The position numbers and the translations under genes are program-made. The notes under the pieces are model-generated. The model was not told the origin of the DNA and made no database searches. It was given only the letters and a program-made list of their open reading frames with translations. Of a stretch of 64,000 nucleotides of DNA, positions 55,101 to 64,000 are shown piece after piece (the first letter of the stretch is position 1; each line of letters begins with the position of its first letter). Origin of the DNA: Mizuhopecten yessoensis. Lineage: Eukaryota. The stretch is from positions 247,001 to 311,000 of the forward strand of contig NW_018403602.1 of the NCBI RefSeq assembly GCF_002113885.1, given 5' to 3'.

Positions 55101-58100
55101 TGGGTCGAAGAACAATACAAAAACATGCCCACATTCTTTTCCTCGACTAGTGTTACTATGGTAACGGGCGACAGATAGATTCTTTTCCTCGACTAGTGTT
55201 ACTATGGTAACGGGCGACAGATAGATGCTGTGTCATTTGGTTTTCAACTTTTTGGAACAATATTCTTTTGCTAAATAAGAAATCGTTGTATTGTTCCTGA
55301 TTTTTTTTATATAATGGGTTTAGAAGACATGGTTGTCAGACTTTAAATAATGTACAAAGTACGATTTAAATCTGATTGTTATTTTACCCAGAGATAGCCT
55401 GGAAATTGTTCATGTCAGACGTAGCATCAATCTTAAGAAAATTCTGTCACTGTCAAAATAGAGGCAAAGATGAGAGATTCATCAATTGGCAATGTTGGTA
55501 GTTAATTTTGGGTTTTAGGTATAATATATCTCAGTTTGTCTGAAAATTTAGCCAACTACTTTCCTATGAATATTAATCATTTTGTTAACTGTGGTCCAAA
55601 TAACTTTAATGGGCGACAACTTGGTGATATCCTATTGTTCTCATGTCATAACACCATTTTTATTTTATAAATGAATGTTAATAAGTGTAACAAAGTAAGA
55701 AATGCTATAACATTATGCAGATCAGTATATTATTCTGATAAAATGTCTTCATGAAAAGGTGTTTCAATGTGTTTTAATGAAAATATTTCATATGGCTTAA
55801 TTAAATAAGTTCCCCTCATTTCCCAGAATTTTCATGGTATTTGTTTTTTCCAACAGTGTTGCCTCCACCGGAAAAAATTAAACTGATACGGTCTGCCCCG
55901 GATACCATCCTGGTCACATGGGACGAACCTAAGCTCCCTGTGGCAGGGTATAGGGTCTACTATAACATGTTTGAGCTACAGAAGATGGAACTCTGGCAGA
56001 AGGAAGACATTGGACCGTATACCGTCACTGAACTGACCAATCTGGACAGTTTCTCCGTATACGCAGTTCGCATCCAGGCTAGATCTGTTGATGGTCGCTA
56101 TGGCAACCTGTCGGAAGCTGTTGTTTGTCCAGTGGGAACATCGCGTGAGTATCATCTTTAATGAAAATTGTGTCTTATCACAATTTTTGACAATCAAACA
56201 TTTTTTCTGTTTTTGCTCTTATTTTCAGAAAAATGCACCTCAAAACATCATGAAGTTGTAAAGGAAATGTGTGTAAAATGAAGATTAAAAAAAAAAAAGC
56301 TGTATACCAGAAATTTGGAAACGTACAAAATAATAACCTTTACAGTTTAGGATATGTAAACATTAGTAGGAGTCAGGTTATACAAGTCAATGACACATAG
56401 GGTAAACAATGTCTATATCTATGTCTCAGAGCCTTTGACCAATGACGTACCAACCAACTTCCACGTGTCGATGAGGACGTCTGTTGACGTAAATCTTGTG
56501 TGGGAGATTCCAAAGAAGCCTCAGGTCATAACCTACACAGTAAGTACACATGTACCGACAAGTGCGACAACCTAATACCACCATGGCAACAGTACAAATA
56601 TTGATTCTCAGTTGTTCAAAAGCTGGACAATTTCAAATATTCTCAGTTGTTCAAAAGCTGGACAATTTCAAACACATCATGGGAAGGTTTTTTGTTGTTT
56701 TTTTTTTTTTTAAGAACTAAATCAACAACAGATAAGGTAGAACATAGAATTAATTATAATGTGTGAGGTAGCACATACCCTTAACTTTAATACAAATTAC
56801 AGATATAACATGTAAGGTAGCATATACCCTTAACTCTAATACAAATCACAGGTATAACATGTAAGGTAGCAAATAACCTTAACTCTAATACAAATCACAG
56901 GTATAACAGGTAAGGTAGCATATACCCTTAACTCTAATACAAATCCCAGGTATAACATGTAAGGTAGCATATACCCTTAACTCTAATACAAATTACAGGT
57001 ATAACATGTTAGGTAGTATATACCCTTAACTCTAATACAGATCACAGGTATAATGTTTAAGGTAGCATATACCCTTAACTCTAATACAGATCACAGATAT
57101 AACATGTAAGGTGACATATACCCTTCACTCTAATACAGATCACAGGTATAATGTTTAAGGTAGCATATACCCTTAACTGTAATACAAATCACAGGTATAA
57201 CATGTAAGGTAGCATTTCCCCCTAACTCTAATACAAATCACAGATATAATGTAAGGTAGCACATACTCTTAACTTTAATACAAAATCACAGGTATAATGT
57301 AAGGTAGCACATACCCTTTACTTTAATACAAATCACAGATATAACATGTAAGGTAGCATACACCCTTAACTCTAATACAAATCCCAGGTATAACATGTAA
57401 GGTAGCATTTCCCCCTAACTCTAATACAAATCATAGATATAATGTTAGGTAGCACATACCCTTAACTTTAATACAAAATCACAGGTATAATGTAAGGTAG
57501 CACATACCCTTTACTTTAATACAAATCACAGATATAACATGTAAGGTAGCATATACCCTTAACTCTAATACAAATCACAGGTATAGCATGTAAGGTAGCA
57601 TATACCCTTCACTCTAATACAGATCACAGGTATAATGTTTAAGGTAGCATATACCCTTTACTTTAATACAAATCACAGATGTAACATGTAAGGTAGCATA
57701 TACCCTTAACTCTAATACAGATCACAGATATAACATGTAAGGTGACATATACCCCTTCACTCTAATACAAATTACAGGTATAACATGTTAGGTAGTATAT
57801 ACCCTTAACTCTAATACAGATCACAGGTATAATGTAAGGTAGCACATACCCTTTACTTTAATACAAATCACAGATTTAACATGTAAGGTAGCATATACCC
57901 TTAACTCTAACACAAATCACAGGTATAACATGTAAGGTAGCAAATAACCTTAACTCTAATACAGATCACAGGTATAATGTAAGGTAGCACATACCCTTTA
58001 CTTTAATACAAATCACAGATTTAACATGTAAGGTAGCATATTCCCTTAACTCTAACACAAATCACAGGTATAACATGTAAGGTAGCTTATACCCTTAACT

Positions 58101-61100
58101 CTAATACAAATCACAGGTATAACATGTAAGGTAGTATATACCCTTAACTCTAATACAAATCACAGGTATAATGTAAGGTAGCATATACCCTTAACTCTAA
58201 TACAAATCACAGGTATAACATGTAAGGTAGCAAATAACCTTAACTCTAATACAAATCACAGGTATAATGTGTTAGGTAGTATATACCCTTAACTCTAACA
58301 CAAATAAAATGTATAGTGTGTAAGGTATAATAGAGTAATGAAAATGGAAACCAAAAAAAGACAATAAGAATGATTTCTCATTTATTTGTTTGTGTGACAA
58401 ATTATTTGTGTTTTTGCTTCACAGCTTTCCTATTCCGGGGTAAAGAAATACCGTGAGGATAATGTGATGCAGACATATCACCAGCCACGCAAGGATGCGC
58501 GCATTCATGGTCTTACAACCTCTTTCACGGTCGAGAATCTGCTTCCGAAAACCAAATACACATTCAACATCTCCGCATTCTTCCAGGATGGAACACAAGG
58601 CGGTGTCAACTCTCTAGTAGTCCAAACCAGGATTGAAGGTAGGTATTTCTTACACCAATAGGAAAATCTTACAGTAATTAATTAGCAATCAAATGTGGTT
58701 TATGTTTCTTTAGATGAAACAATATGGGCAATGCTAATTTCTGTTTTTATGGTTTGAAATATGGACAAAGGGAAAACAAAAAGTTCTGTACATTTTGATT
58801 TTTTTCCCCATTAGCACCGAAGGAGGTGAGGAAACCACTTGTGTCGAAAATCTCTGGCCAGGAAGTGACCGTCATCCTGAAACCAGCATCTGAAGCAAAT
58901 GGTGGTCTTAGCTACTATTACCTAGTGGTGGTCCCTCTCATCAACACCACAACCAAACGACCAGAGGACATTAGTAATGACGAGGTACTGTCAGATGGCC
59001 TTTATTGTTGTAGGACATTTTGATCAAGATACATAACTCAGCATGGGCATCAATAACCAGAATAGTTTTAATGAAATTTGCTTCACTTCAAAATTAAACA
59101 GAAAACATAGACCAAAGCTGACCTCTGACCTTGTAAAAGGTCAACCAGTGTATGGTCAGATGCACTAGTTATAAAGTGTATAAAGAAAGGTTTTACAAAA
59201 ATAGGATTTTCACTAAGATTCCTTAGATTTGTTGGTTACATTGTTTCTATCTGGTGTTTTAGTTGTCGGTGGAAATATCTCCAGAGCTGCCATCAGCCAA
59301 ACCCTACATCGCAGCCAAGTTTGATGCCCAGCACCTTCCTAAGGAGTTCAATCTCGGCAACAGGGACACCTTAGGGGGCTACACCAACAGACCACTTGAC
59401 CATGGGATGAAGTACAAGACATTCCTGCGAGCTTTCACTGTGGACACTGTAAGTTTGACCTCTAACCTTTGACACTAAAGGTCTGACTTGTAACATTTGA
59501 CCTCTGACATATATCACTGTAAGACTGACCTATAACCTTTGACACTGTAAGACTGACCTTTAACCTTTGACACTGTAAGACTGACCTATAACCTTTGAGA
59601 CTGACCTGTAACCTTTGACACTATAAGACTGACCTTTAACCTTTGACACTGTTAGACTGACCTGTTACCTTTGACACTGTAAGACTGACCTATAACCTTT
59701 GACACTGTGAGACTGACCTATAACCTTTGACACTGTAAGACTGACCTGTAACCTTTGACACTGTATTCTATTGTATTTGAATGATAACTGTATAAATTGT
59801 TAATAATTTGTGTGCCATTTTTTCTCTTGACCATTCCAGAAACTTTACAAAACCAGTCAATACTCAGAAATCATCAATCTGAGCCACATCAACCCCCATA
59901 TTCCAAAGAACCCCGACAGTTCAAATGATCACCTAATCCCACAGTCTGCACAAGCTAGCGAAAAAAGTCTGCTCATCATCATGATCGTCGCCCCGGTCTG
60001 TGCAGGGGTGGCACTCATCATCATTGGGTGTATCGTCCTGATCTGGCACATGAGGTGAGCTTCATACAAGGTTTTGTTACTTTTTCTCTTCCATGCTTAG
60101 TTTTCTTGGCAGTATGGTTCAGGTATTGTTATAGAACATTAGTAAATCCAAACCTAATAAAACCCATCAGAGCTGGAAATAACCAACGAGAACAATGGTG
60201 TTGATACGATGACAATTACATGACAGGTGTCATATTCCAAATATTCAATTTACTGTAGGAGGAAGGCTACCCGTAAAGAAAAGAGTCCGGAGCCAACATC
60301 TGGGAAGGTGTTTGTGGACGTACCACCTCATCCATGTGATCCTGTCGAACTTCGTAGACAGCATTATCAAACACCAGGTACCTATTCTCAAAGTCACAGA
60401 GGTCAAAGGAGATATTTCATAATGGTTGTAGGGGTCCAATGCGACAATCTCAAGTAAAGAGTGAACAAATTAGTCATTTTCATGTTAACAGGGGTCAAAT
60501 GTATGAACCGTTTGCAGTGTTTAATTCTGCTCTGGAAAACATTCCTACATGGAATTTTATAAACAGAACTGACATTGACCAAACTTCTTGTAAGAGTTGA
60601 ATTCTCAAGGTCATATATCTTCCTAGATGCTTGGTTCTCACACATGTAGTAGTAAAGCCAGTGCCGATTTGATCTTCAAACCCTGAACGTGACTCAACCA
60701 TACTGTAGATTAGTGGCTTTTGGTATTTTTACATTTCTAATTTTAGGAAACTTTGAGTTGTCGATAGTCCTGCAAATATTCATACAAATTTTTATACATA
60801 TTTGTGTTTCCATAGCATATCTCAAATCTGTAAAATTTGCCACACAAGTTTCTCACAAAGTAACGGTGTGTTTATGTTTTTCTTCAGGTATGATCAGTCA
60901 TCCACCGATCCACATCCACATGCTACAGGAACACATTGACAATCTGAAGAACAATGACAACCTGAAGTTCTCTCAAGAGTACGAGTCGATCGAACCGGGT
61001 CAACAGTTCACGTGGGACAACTCCAACTATGAGGTCAACAAACCTAAAAATAGATACGCCAATGTCATAGCGTACGACCACTCCCGTGTGATTCTCCAAC

Positions 61101-63587
61101 CGATCGACAGCGTCCCGGGCAGCGATTACGTCAACGCAAACTACATGGATGGATATCGTAAACAAAATGCCTACATCGCAACACAGGTATGTATTTAATA
61201 GTCATTAGCTGGTACATGTTGATTGGATATCTGCTTGTTTCTGTAATAGTGTTGGGCTCTATCACTTTTGCTACTTTTTGCCACTAGGTGGCAGTCTTAT
61301 CAGTCACTGTCAGTGCTGTTACTAATCTTCAGCAGTATGAAGGTTATATGCTAGTTTCCTGAGAAACACATTAAACAGATGTCCTTTTAACTAGCCACTC
61401 CATTCCATGTTTCAGGGACCACTTCCGGAGACATTTGGAGATTTCTGGCGCATGATGTGGGAACAACGATCAGCAACCATCGTCATGATGACTAAATTAG
61501 AAGAAAGGTCAAGGGTCAGTATCAATGATTTTACAACATCATTTACTATTTATATCTATTATCTCAATGTTTACCTCATATTAAACACTGTCCCCTTATA
61601 TATGTGTCATCAGGTAAAAGGAAAAAGAGATAGTAAACTAAGCCTTTACTAATCTTATTCACTTCATTCAAAGACTTTCAATTTGTGTATCAAAGATATT
61701 TGCATCAAAGCCAACCCCAAGATATGTGTCTTGCACATTAGGCAACCATGTGAGATAGGTCTCAAAAGATTTCTCTAGTCCAAGAGTACTTATTTCAATT
61801 TCTGATTATTTGATGTTACGCTTCAATTTGACAGGTTATAGAAATATTGTTATGTGTTTGTGTTTTAGATAAAGTGTGACCAGTACTGGCCTCACCGTGG
61901 AGCGGAGCATTACGGCCTGATGCACGTCCTACTGGTAGATGTGACAGAACTATCTACCTACACGATACGAACCTTCCATATCTCCAGGGTAAGTGAAATA
62001 TTTACCTAAAAGTACCTGTAATTAAAACTGATTTACCTTTGGGTAGCTGTGATAAGTTTTGGTTTACACTGAAATACCAGAAACGATTTCCCTGTGATTA
62101 CCTATGCTCATCCTGTCTAATGACATACCTGTTGTTTACCTACAGTACGGTTTCCCGGAGAAGCGTGAGATTCGCCAGTTCCAGTTCACCGCCTGGCCAG
62201 ATCATGGTGTTCCTGACCATCCCACACCTCTCCTAATGTTCATGAGGCGTGTCAAAACTAGCAACCCTCCCGACGCCGGGCCAATGGTAGTCCACTGCAG
62301 GTATAGACTACTTTTAACTCATGCAACCCCAACGCTGGTGATATGGTAGTGCTAAAGAGTATGCCTTTCTGATGATGATGGTCAAACACAGCAATAAGAT
62401 CATTACCATTATATGGTCAAACTCCGGGATTAAGCCCAAAGACTATTTGACTGCCGTTTTCAGAATTAGGCCTGTAGTTTGTCTCCTTGGGTCTAATAAA
62501 GGTATTATATAGTAATATTGTTAGATTTATCATAAAAGTATTCCTGGTTTTGTGAATAGTAAGCACTGCAATGATAACATCTTATTCTTCAGTGCTGGAG
62601 TCGGAAGAACAGGAGCCTTCATAGTCATAGACGCCATGTTGGAACGAATTCGACATGAAAAGACAGTAGATATATATGGTCATGTGACCTGCTTACGAGC
62701 GCAGCGTAATTACATGGTACAGACGGAGGACCAGTATATATTTATCCACGACGCACTGTTAGAAGCTGTTACTTGTGGGAACACAGAGGTACCCGCGCGT
62801 AACCTGTCCGTACACATACAGAAACTGATGCAGCCAGAACCAGGAGAAACCGTCACAGGCATGGAATTGGAATTTAAGGTAAATCTTATATTTTATACTT
62901 CTGGTAAAATATAGTTCTGATAAAAATGTTGTCTTAATAAAATTTCAAATCATATTTTGTTTTGCTCAAAAATCCTTGTTTGAATCTGCAGTTTAACATC
63001 TGTCTTGATATACAGTAAAACTTAAAACCATCGACATCATTGGTTTGGCAAAAGATTTCTAAGGGGTTTCTACTTCATTTCACTCCAGGCTAAGAGTTAT
63101 AGTTAATTGTGTTTGTTTGTTTTCTTTTCAGCGGTTAGCAAACATGAAGGCTAGTCCAAATCGCTTTGTTAGTGCAAATCTTCCAGTGAATAAATTCAAG
63201 AATAGACTTGTTAACATTTTACCTTGTAAGTATACAGAGCCCAGAAGGATGGAGGAACATTTCCAGTGTATTTGTGACCTATGACATATCAAAATCTGCA
63301 TCAATGAAATATAAATCAAATAATCTCTTCTCTTGCTTCTTGTGAAGTTCTTTTACTGAGTAAAATGTATCGTTGTTCAAAGTTATATACTATTACTAAA
63401 AAGAGGGAGTGGATGACGGGGATTGAACTGGATATTAAATCAAAGAAAGTTTTGTTAAATAATGTTATTCATGCGATGCCATTGACTCGACTGGACCTCA
63501 TTACTTACAGTTGAATCTACAAGAGTAGCCCTACAGCCAATCCGAGGAGTGGACGGTTCCGATTACATCAATGCCAGTTTTATAGAT
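18315..63587 (+). CDS. Lar: LAR-family receptor-type tyrosine-protein phosphatase (Lar / PTPRD-PTPRF-PTPRS ortholog), partial multi-exon gene: FN2-FN9, TM, D1, start of D2
   Basis: 22 exons join in frame with GT-AG sites. D1 motifs [44 protein letters not shown] and QTEDQY are present. The juxtamembrane sequence [24 protein letters not shown] and D2 KNRLVNILP are diagnostic of the LAR subfamily. Confidence 0.97.
18670..18992. repeat. About 22-24-bp tandem repeat (tgtgacctgtttcctccgactctt)
   Basis: Visible alternating units. Confidence 0.9.
19499..19697 (+). CDS. Lar: Lar exon, FNIII-2 C-half ([11 protein letters not shown]...[16 protein letters not shown])
   Basis: Polypyrimidine tract plus cag| acceptor; G|GTATGC donor; FNIII motifs. 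Confidence 0.95.
20829..20998 (+). CDS. Candidate alternative Lar exon: 120-nt cassette ending at 20948, or terminal exon ending at TAA 20996-20998
   Basis: About 120-nt AG-free pyrimidine-rich run, then cacag|; open in the phase-1 frame for 56 codons. Confidence 0.3.
22733..22771 (+). CDS. Candidate 39-nt cassette exon ([13 protein letters not shown]), FN2-FN3 linker
   Basis: ccttccag| ... CCG|GTAAGT; symmetric phase 1, no stop. Confidence 0.5.
24018..24026 (+). CDS. Candidate 9-nt microexon (EIV), FN2-FN3 linker
   Basis: tttttctttttcctcc...tacag|AGATTGTAG|gtgagc. Confidence 0.5.
   Translation, partial: RL
24399..24413 (+). CDS. Candidate 15-nt microexon (GDSSS), FN2-FN3 linker
   Basis: tactaat branch-like site plus gtttgtttcag|GGGATAGTAGTAGCG|gtaaga. 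Confidence 0.55.
25391..26750. repeat. 23-bp satellite, about 59 copies
   Basis: cagtgctaccctttaccttggtt. Confidence 0.97.
26797..27763. repeat. About 74-79-bp satellite, about 13 copies
   Basis: tcatcaggtccctgtacatattatagatattaactcatctagatcatgtaagtgtttgattgtaggtagttctg. Confidence 0.95.
28140..28176. other. Ambiguous base (N) followed by poly(A) run; possible assembly join
   Basis: Single n at 28140, then about 36 A. Confidence 0.7.
29431..29715 (+). CDS. Lar: Lar exon, FNIII-3 (VPLQPKNL...IQVQTRQF)
   Basis: 285 nt, phase 1-1, acag| and G|GTATGT; full FNIII repeat. Confidence 0.95.
30221..30244 (+). CDS. Candidate 24-nt (or 18-nt) microexon (GSGKPKPF), FN3-FN4 linker
   Basis: About 180-nt AG-exclusion zone; cttcag|...TTTG|gtaagt; second in-frame AG 6 nt downstream. 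Confidence 0.6.
31537..31965 (+). mobile_element. Degenerate non-autonomous Helentron/Helitron-associated (HINE-like) element of the type common in bivalves
   Basis: Starts TTTTTAGCTC with inverted GAGCT; ends CAAGTAAGCGATAC-AGGCC(AAATG)GGCCT-CTTGTT terminal hairpin. Family assignment is from recalled consensus ends. Confidence 0.6.
32015..32074 (+). CDS. Candidate 60-nt cassette exon ([20 protein letters not shown]), FN3-FN4 linker
   Basis: tgctttactaacag| ... GGT|GTTAGT; symmetric phase 1; S/P/T-rich. Confidence 0.45.
33262..37920. repeat. 43-bp satellite, about 4.65 kb, with two internal inverted blocks
   Basis: gtagaattccctcacactgtagcagagcatctcccatacagtg; reverse-oriented units at 33633-33846 and 34576-34626. 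Confidence 0.97.
38345..38546. repeat. 41-bp tandem repeat x5
   Basis: agaacttgtagttagctcagaggaaagaaatatgttataac. Confidence 0.92.
39423..39731 (+). CDS. Lar: Lar exon, FNIII-4 (VPSGEPQNL...IIVSTDED)
   Basis: 309 nt, phase 1-1; resembles LAR FN4 (WTQYKIWV...GDGPKS...TDED). Confidence 0.95.
40591..40710. repeat. 40-bp tandem repeat x3
   Basis: catttatctactaattctactacctgtcggtgatagtcat. Confidence 0.85.
41002..41015. promoter_or_regulatory. RFX X-box-like palindrome GTTTCCATGGAAAC
   Basis: Perfect 14-bp palindrome matching the X-box pattern. Confidence 0.5.
41400..43288. repeat. 61-bp satellite, about 31 copies
   Basis: gacatagaatgatgtcggtaaatactgtcatcccacagaaatggttaccattcatgtatat. Confidence 0.97.
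45390..45780. repeat. 22-bp minisatellite, about 17 copies
   Basis: ctactacaataagtcacagatt. Confidence 0.93.
46409..46723 (+). CDS. Lar: Lar exon, FNIII-5 (VPGPPKSV...[16 protein letters not shown])
   Basis: 315 nt, phase 1-1, CAG|GTAAGT donor. Confidence 0.95.
46872..47066 (+). CDS. Lar: Lar exon, FNIII-6 N-part
   Basis: 195 nt, phase 1-1; VPTMPRNL...GYKVFWG...ISDIL. Confidence 0.93.
48093..48185 (+). CDS. Lar: Lar exon, FNIII-6 C-part ([31 protein letters not shown])
   Basis: 93 nt, not in the ORF track; caacag| acceptor, A|GTAAGT donor; completes FN6. Confidence 0.93.
48310..48372. promoter_or_regulatory. Paired RFX X-box-like sites (GTTGTCGTAGCAAC, GTTTCCATGGAAAC) in a GC-rich intronic block
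   Basis: Two 14-mers 49 bp apart. Confidence 0.55.
49744..50037 (+). CDS. Lar: Lar exon, FNIII-7 ([14 protein letters not shown]...FHTFGP)
   Basis: 294 nt, phase 1-1, A|GTATGT donor. Confidence 0.95.
50440..51122. repeat. 23-bp C-rich minisatellite
   Basis: ccctacattccccaacccttata, grading into acaccctatattccccacccctt variants. Confidence 0.93.
52031..53075. repeat. 34-bp satellite with internal palindrome, about 31 copies
   Basis: ttttcctctcaggagaggttagtgcccctaccag. Confidence 0.95.
54061..54069 (+). CDS. Candidate 9-nt microexon (KPY), FN7-FN8 linker
   Basis: tttttttcctctcctcacgtgcag|AACCTTATG|gtaatt; symmetric phase 1. Confidence 0.6.
55152..55211. promoter_or_regulatory. Duplicated RFX X-box-like site GTTACTATGGTAAC x2
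   Basis: Carried on a 46-bp tandem duplication. Confidence 0.5.
55857..56144 (+). CDS. Lar: Lar exon, FNIII-8 (invertebrate Dlar-type extra repeat)
   Basis: 288 nt, phase 1-1, C|GTGAGT donor; LPPPEKI...GYRVYY...YAVRIQARS. Confidence 0.93.
56430..56539 (+). CDS. Lar: Lar exon, FNIII-9 N-part
   Basis: 110 nt, phase 1-0; [13 protein letters not shown]...ITYT; ACA|GTAAGT. Confidence 0.9.
56757..58305. repeat. About 49-bp satellite, about 31 copies
   Basis: taaggtagcatatacccttaactctaatacaaatcacaggtataacatg. Confidence 0.95.
58425..58638 (+). CDS. Lar: Lar exon, FNIII-9 C-part
   Basis: 214 nt, phase 0-1; LSYSGVKEY...[14 protein letters not shown]...QTRIE. Confidence 0.92.
58815..58984 (+). CDS. 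Lar: Lar exon, membrane-proximal region
   Basis: 170 nt; APKEVRKP...[18 protein letters not shown]...DISNDE. Confidence 0.92.
59263..59448 (+). CDS. Lar: Lar exon, membrane-proximal region
   Basis: 186 nt, phase 0-0; PYIAAKF...FNLGN...YTNRPL...YKTFLRAF. Confidence 0.94.
59443..59764. repeat. 28-bp minisatellite seeded from the exon/intron junction
   Basis: gacactgtaagactgacctataaccttt; the first unit spans the donor at 59448/59449. Confidence 0.9.
59840..60054 (+). CDS. Lar: Lar exon, stalk plus transmembrane helix (KLYKTSQYS...[29 protein letters not shown])
   Basis: 215 nt, not in the ORF track; ccag| acceptor, AG|GTGAGC donor; long hydrophobic segment followed by basic residues in the next exon. 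Confidence 0.93.
60259..60377 (+). CDS. Lar: Lar exon, cytoplasmic juxtamembrane (RKATRKEK...[16 protein letters not shown])
   Basis: 119 nt, phase 2-1; conserved DPVELRR motif. Confidence 0.93.
60888..61186 (+). CDS. Lar: Lar exon, wedge region and D1 N-terminus
   Basis: 299 nt; GMISHPPI...FSQEYESI...[15 protein letters not shown]...YIATQ. Confidence 0.97.
61416..61514 (+). CDS. Lar: Lar exon, D1
   Basis: 99 nt; [17 protein letters not shown]...TKLEERSR. Confidence 0.97.
61869..61988 (+). CDS. Lar: Lar exon, D1 ([11 protein letters not shown]...RTFHISR)
   Basis: 120 nt, not in the ORF track; tag| and AGG|GTAAGT. Confidence 0.96.
62146..62300 (+). CDS. Lar: Lar exon, D1 WPD loop to catalytic Cys
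   Basis: 155 nt; [10 protein letters not shown]...GPMVVHC. Confidence 0.97.
62593..62878 (+). CDS. Lar: Lar exon, D1 P-loop and Q-loop plus D1-D2 linker
   Basis: 286 nt; SAGVGRTG...[14 protein letters not shown]...GMELEFK. Confidence 0.97.
63132..63225 (+). CDS. Lar: Lar exon, D2 N-terminus ([31 protein letters not shown])
   Basis: 94 nt; KNRL instead of KNRY is typical of the LAR D2 pseudophosphatase. Confidence 0.95.
63511..63587 (+). CDS. Lar: Lar exon, D2 ([26 protein letters not shown]); gene continues beyond the window
   Basis: 77 nt; acag| and GAT|GTAAGT. Confidence 0.95.
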
Positions 63588-64000
63588 GTAAGTATGACAG
63601 AGTTATATAACTAACATTGTTGTACCTCAAAGTGACTGCAGAATTCTGATTGGTCCTCCTTCTATTCTGATTGGTCTTCCTTCCAGGGTCACTTCCTTGA
63701 GTTTGCTGGTATACAGCATCCTGTATAGTAAGGGAAGTAACTTTTGGTGAAAGCATACATTGTACTCAACATGGACAGATTCGTGTCTCACATTTGTGTT
63801 ACAGTGAAAAAAATATCATTGCAGGCCATTTGTGAAAATACTTTAAGGCCGAAAAATGTCTCGAAAATTTAATAATGTCCTTAAATGAATTATTAAATAT
63901 CTTACCATGTTTTAAATTAATTTTTAACTGTGAATTTGTTTTGTAACTGTTATTCTGTATAGCATCACATATTTCCATGCTTGTCTAACACTACATGTAT

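Overview
AT-rich eukaryotic genomic DNA, probably a bivalve mollusc (inferred from a HINE-like repeat and the invertebrate 9-FNIII architecture). The window lies inside one + strand gene: a LAR-family (type IIa) receptor protein tyrosine phosphatase, orthologous to Drosophila Lar and vertebrate PTPRD/PTPRF/PTPRS. I traced 22 core coding exons with consistent GT-AG boundaries and phases from 18315 to 63587. They encode FNIII repeats 2-9, the juxtamembrane region, the TM helix, a complete active D1 phosphatase domain and the start of D2. The Ig domains, FN1 and the rest of D2 lie outside the window. The long ectodomain introns hold more than 15 unrelated tandem-repeat arrays, which explain the long low-complexity ORFs. 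The main unannotated signal is a set of candidate phase-1 symmetric, stop-free micro/mini-exons (9, 9, 15, 24, 39, 60 and about 120 nt) in the FN2-FN3, FN3-FN4 and FN7-FN8 linkers. Nearby are long AG-exclusion zones, RBFOX (TGCATG) motifs, Nova-type YCAY clusters and several RFX X-boxes. This suggests a combinatorial linker-splicing code for this receptor, but it is a prediction that needs RNA-seq.
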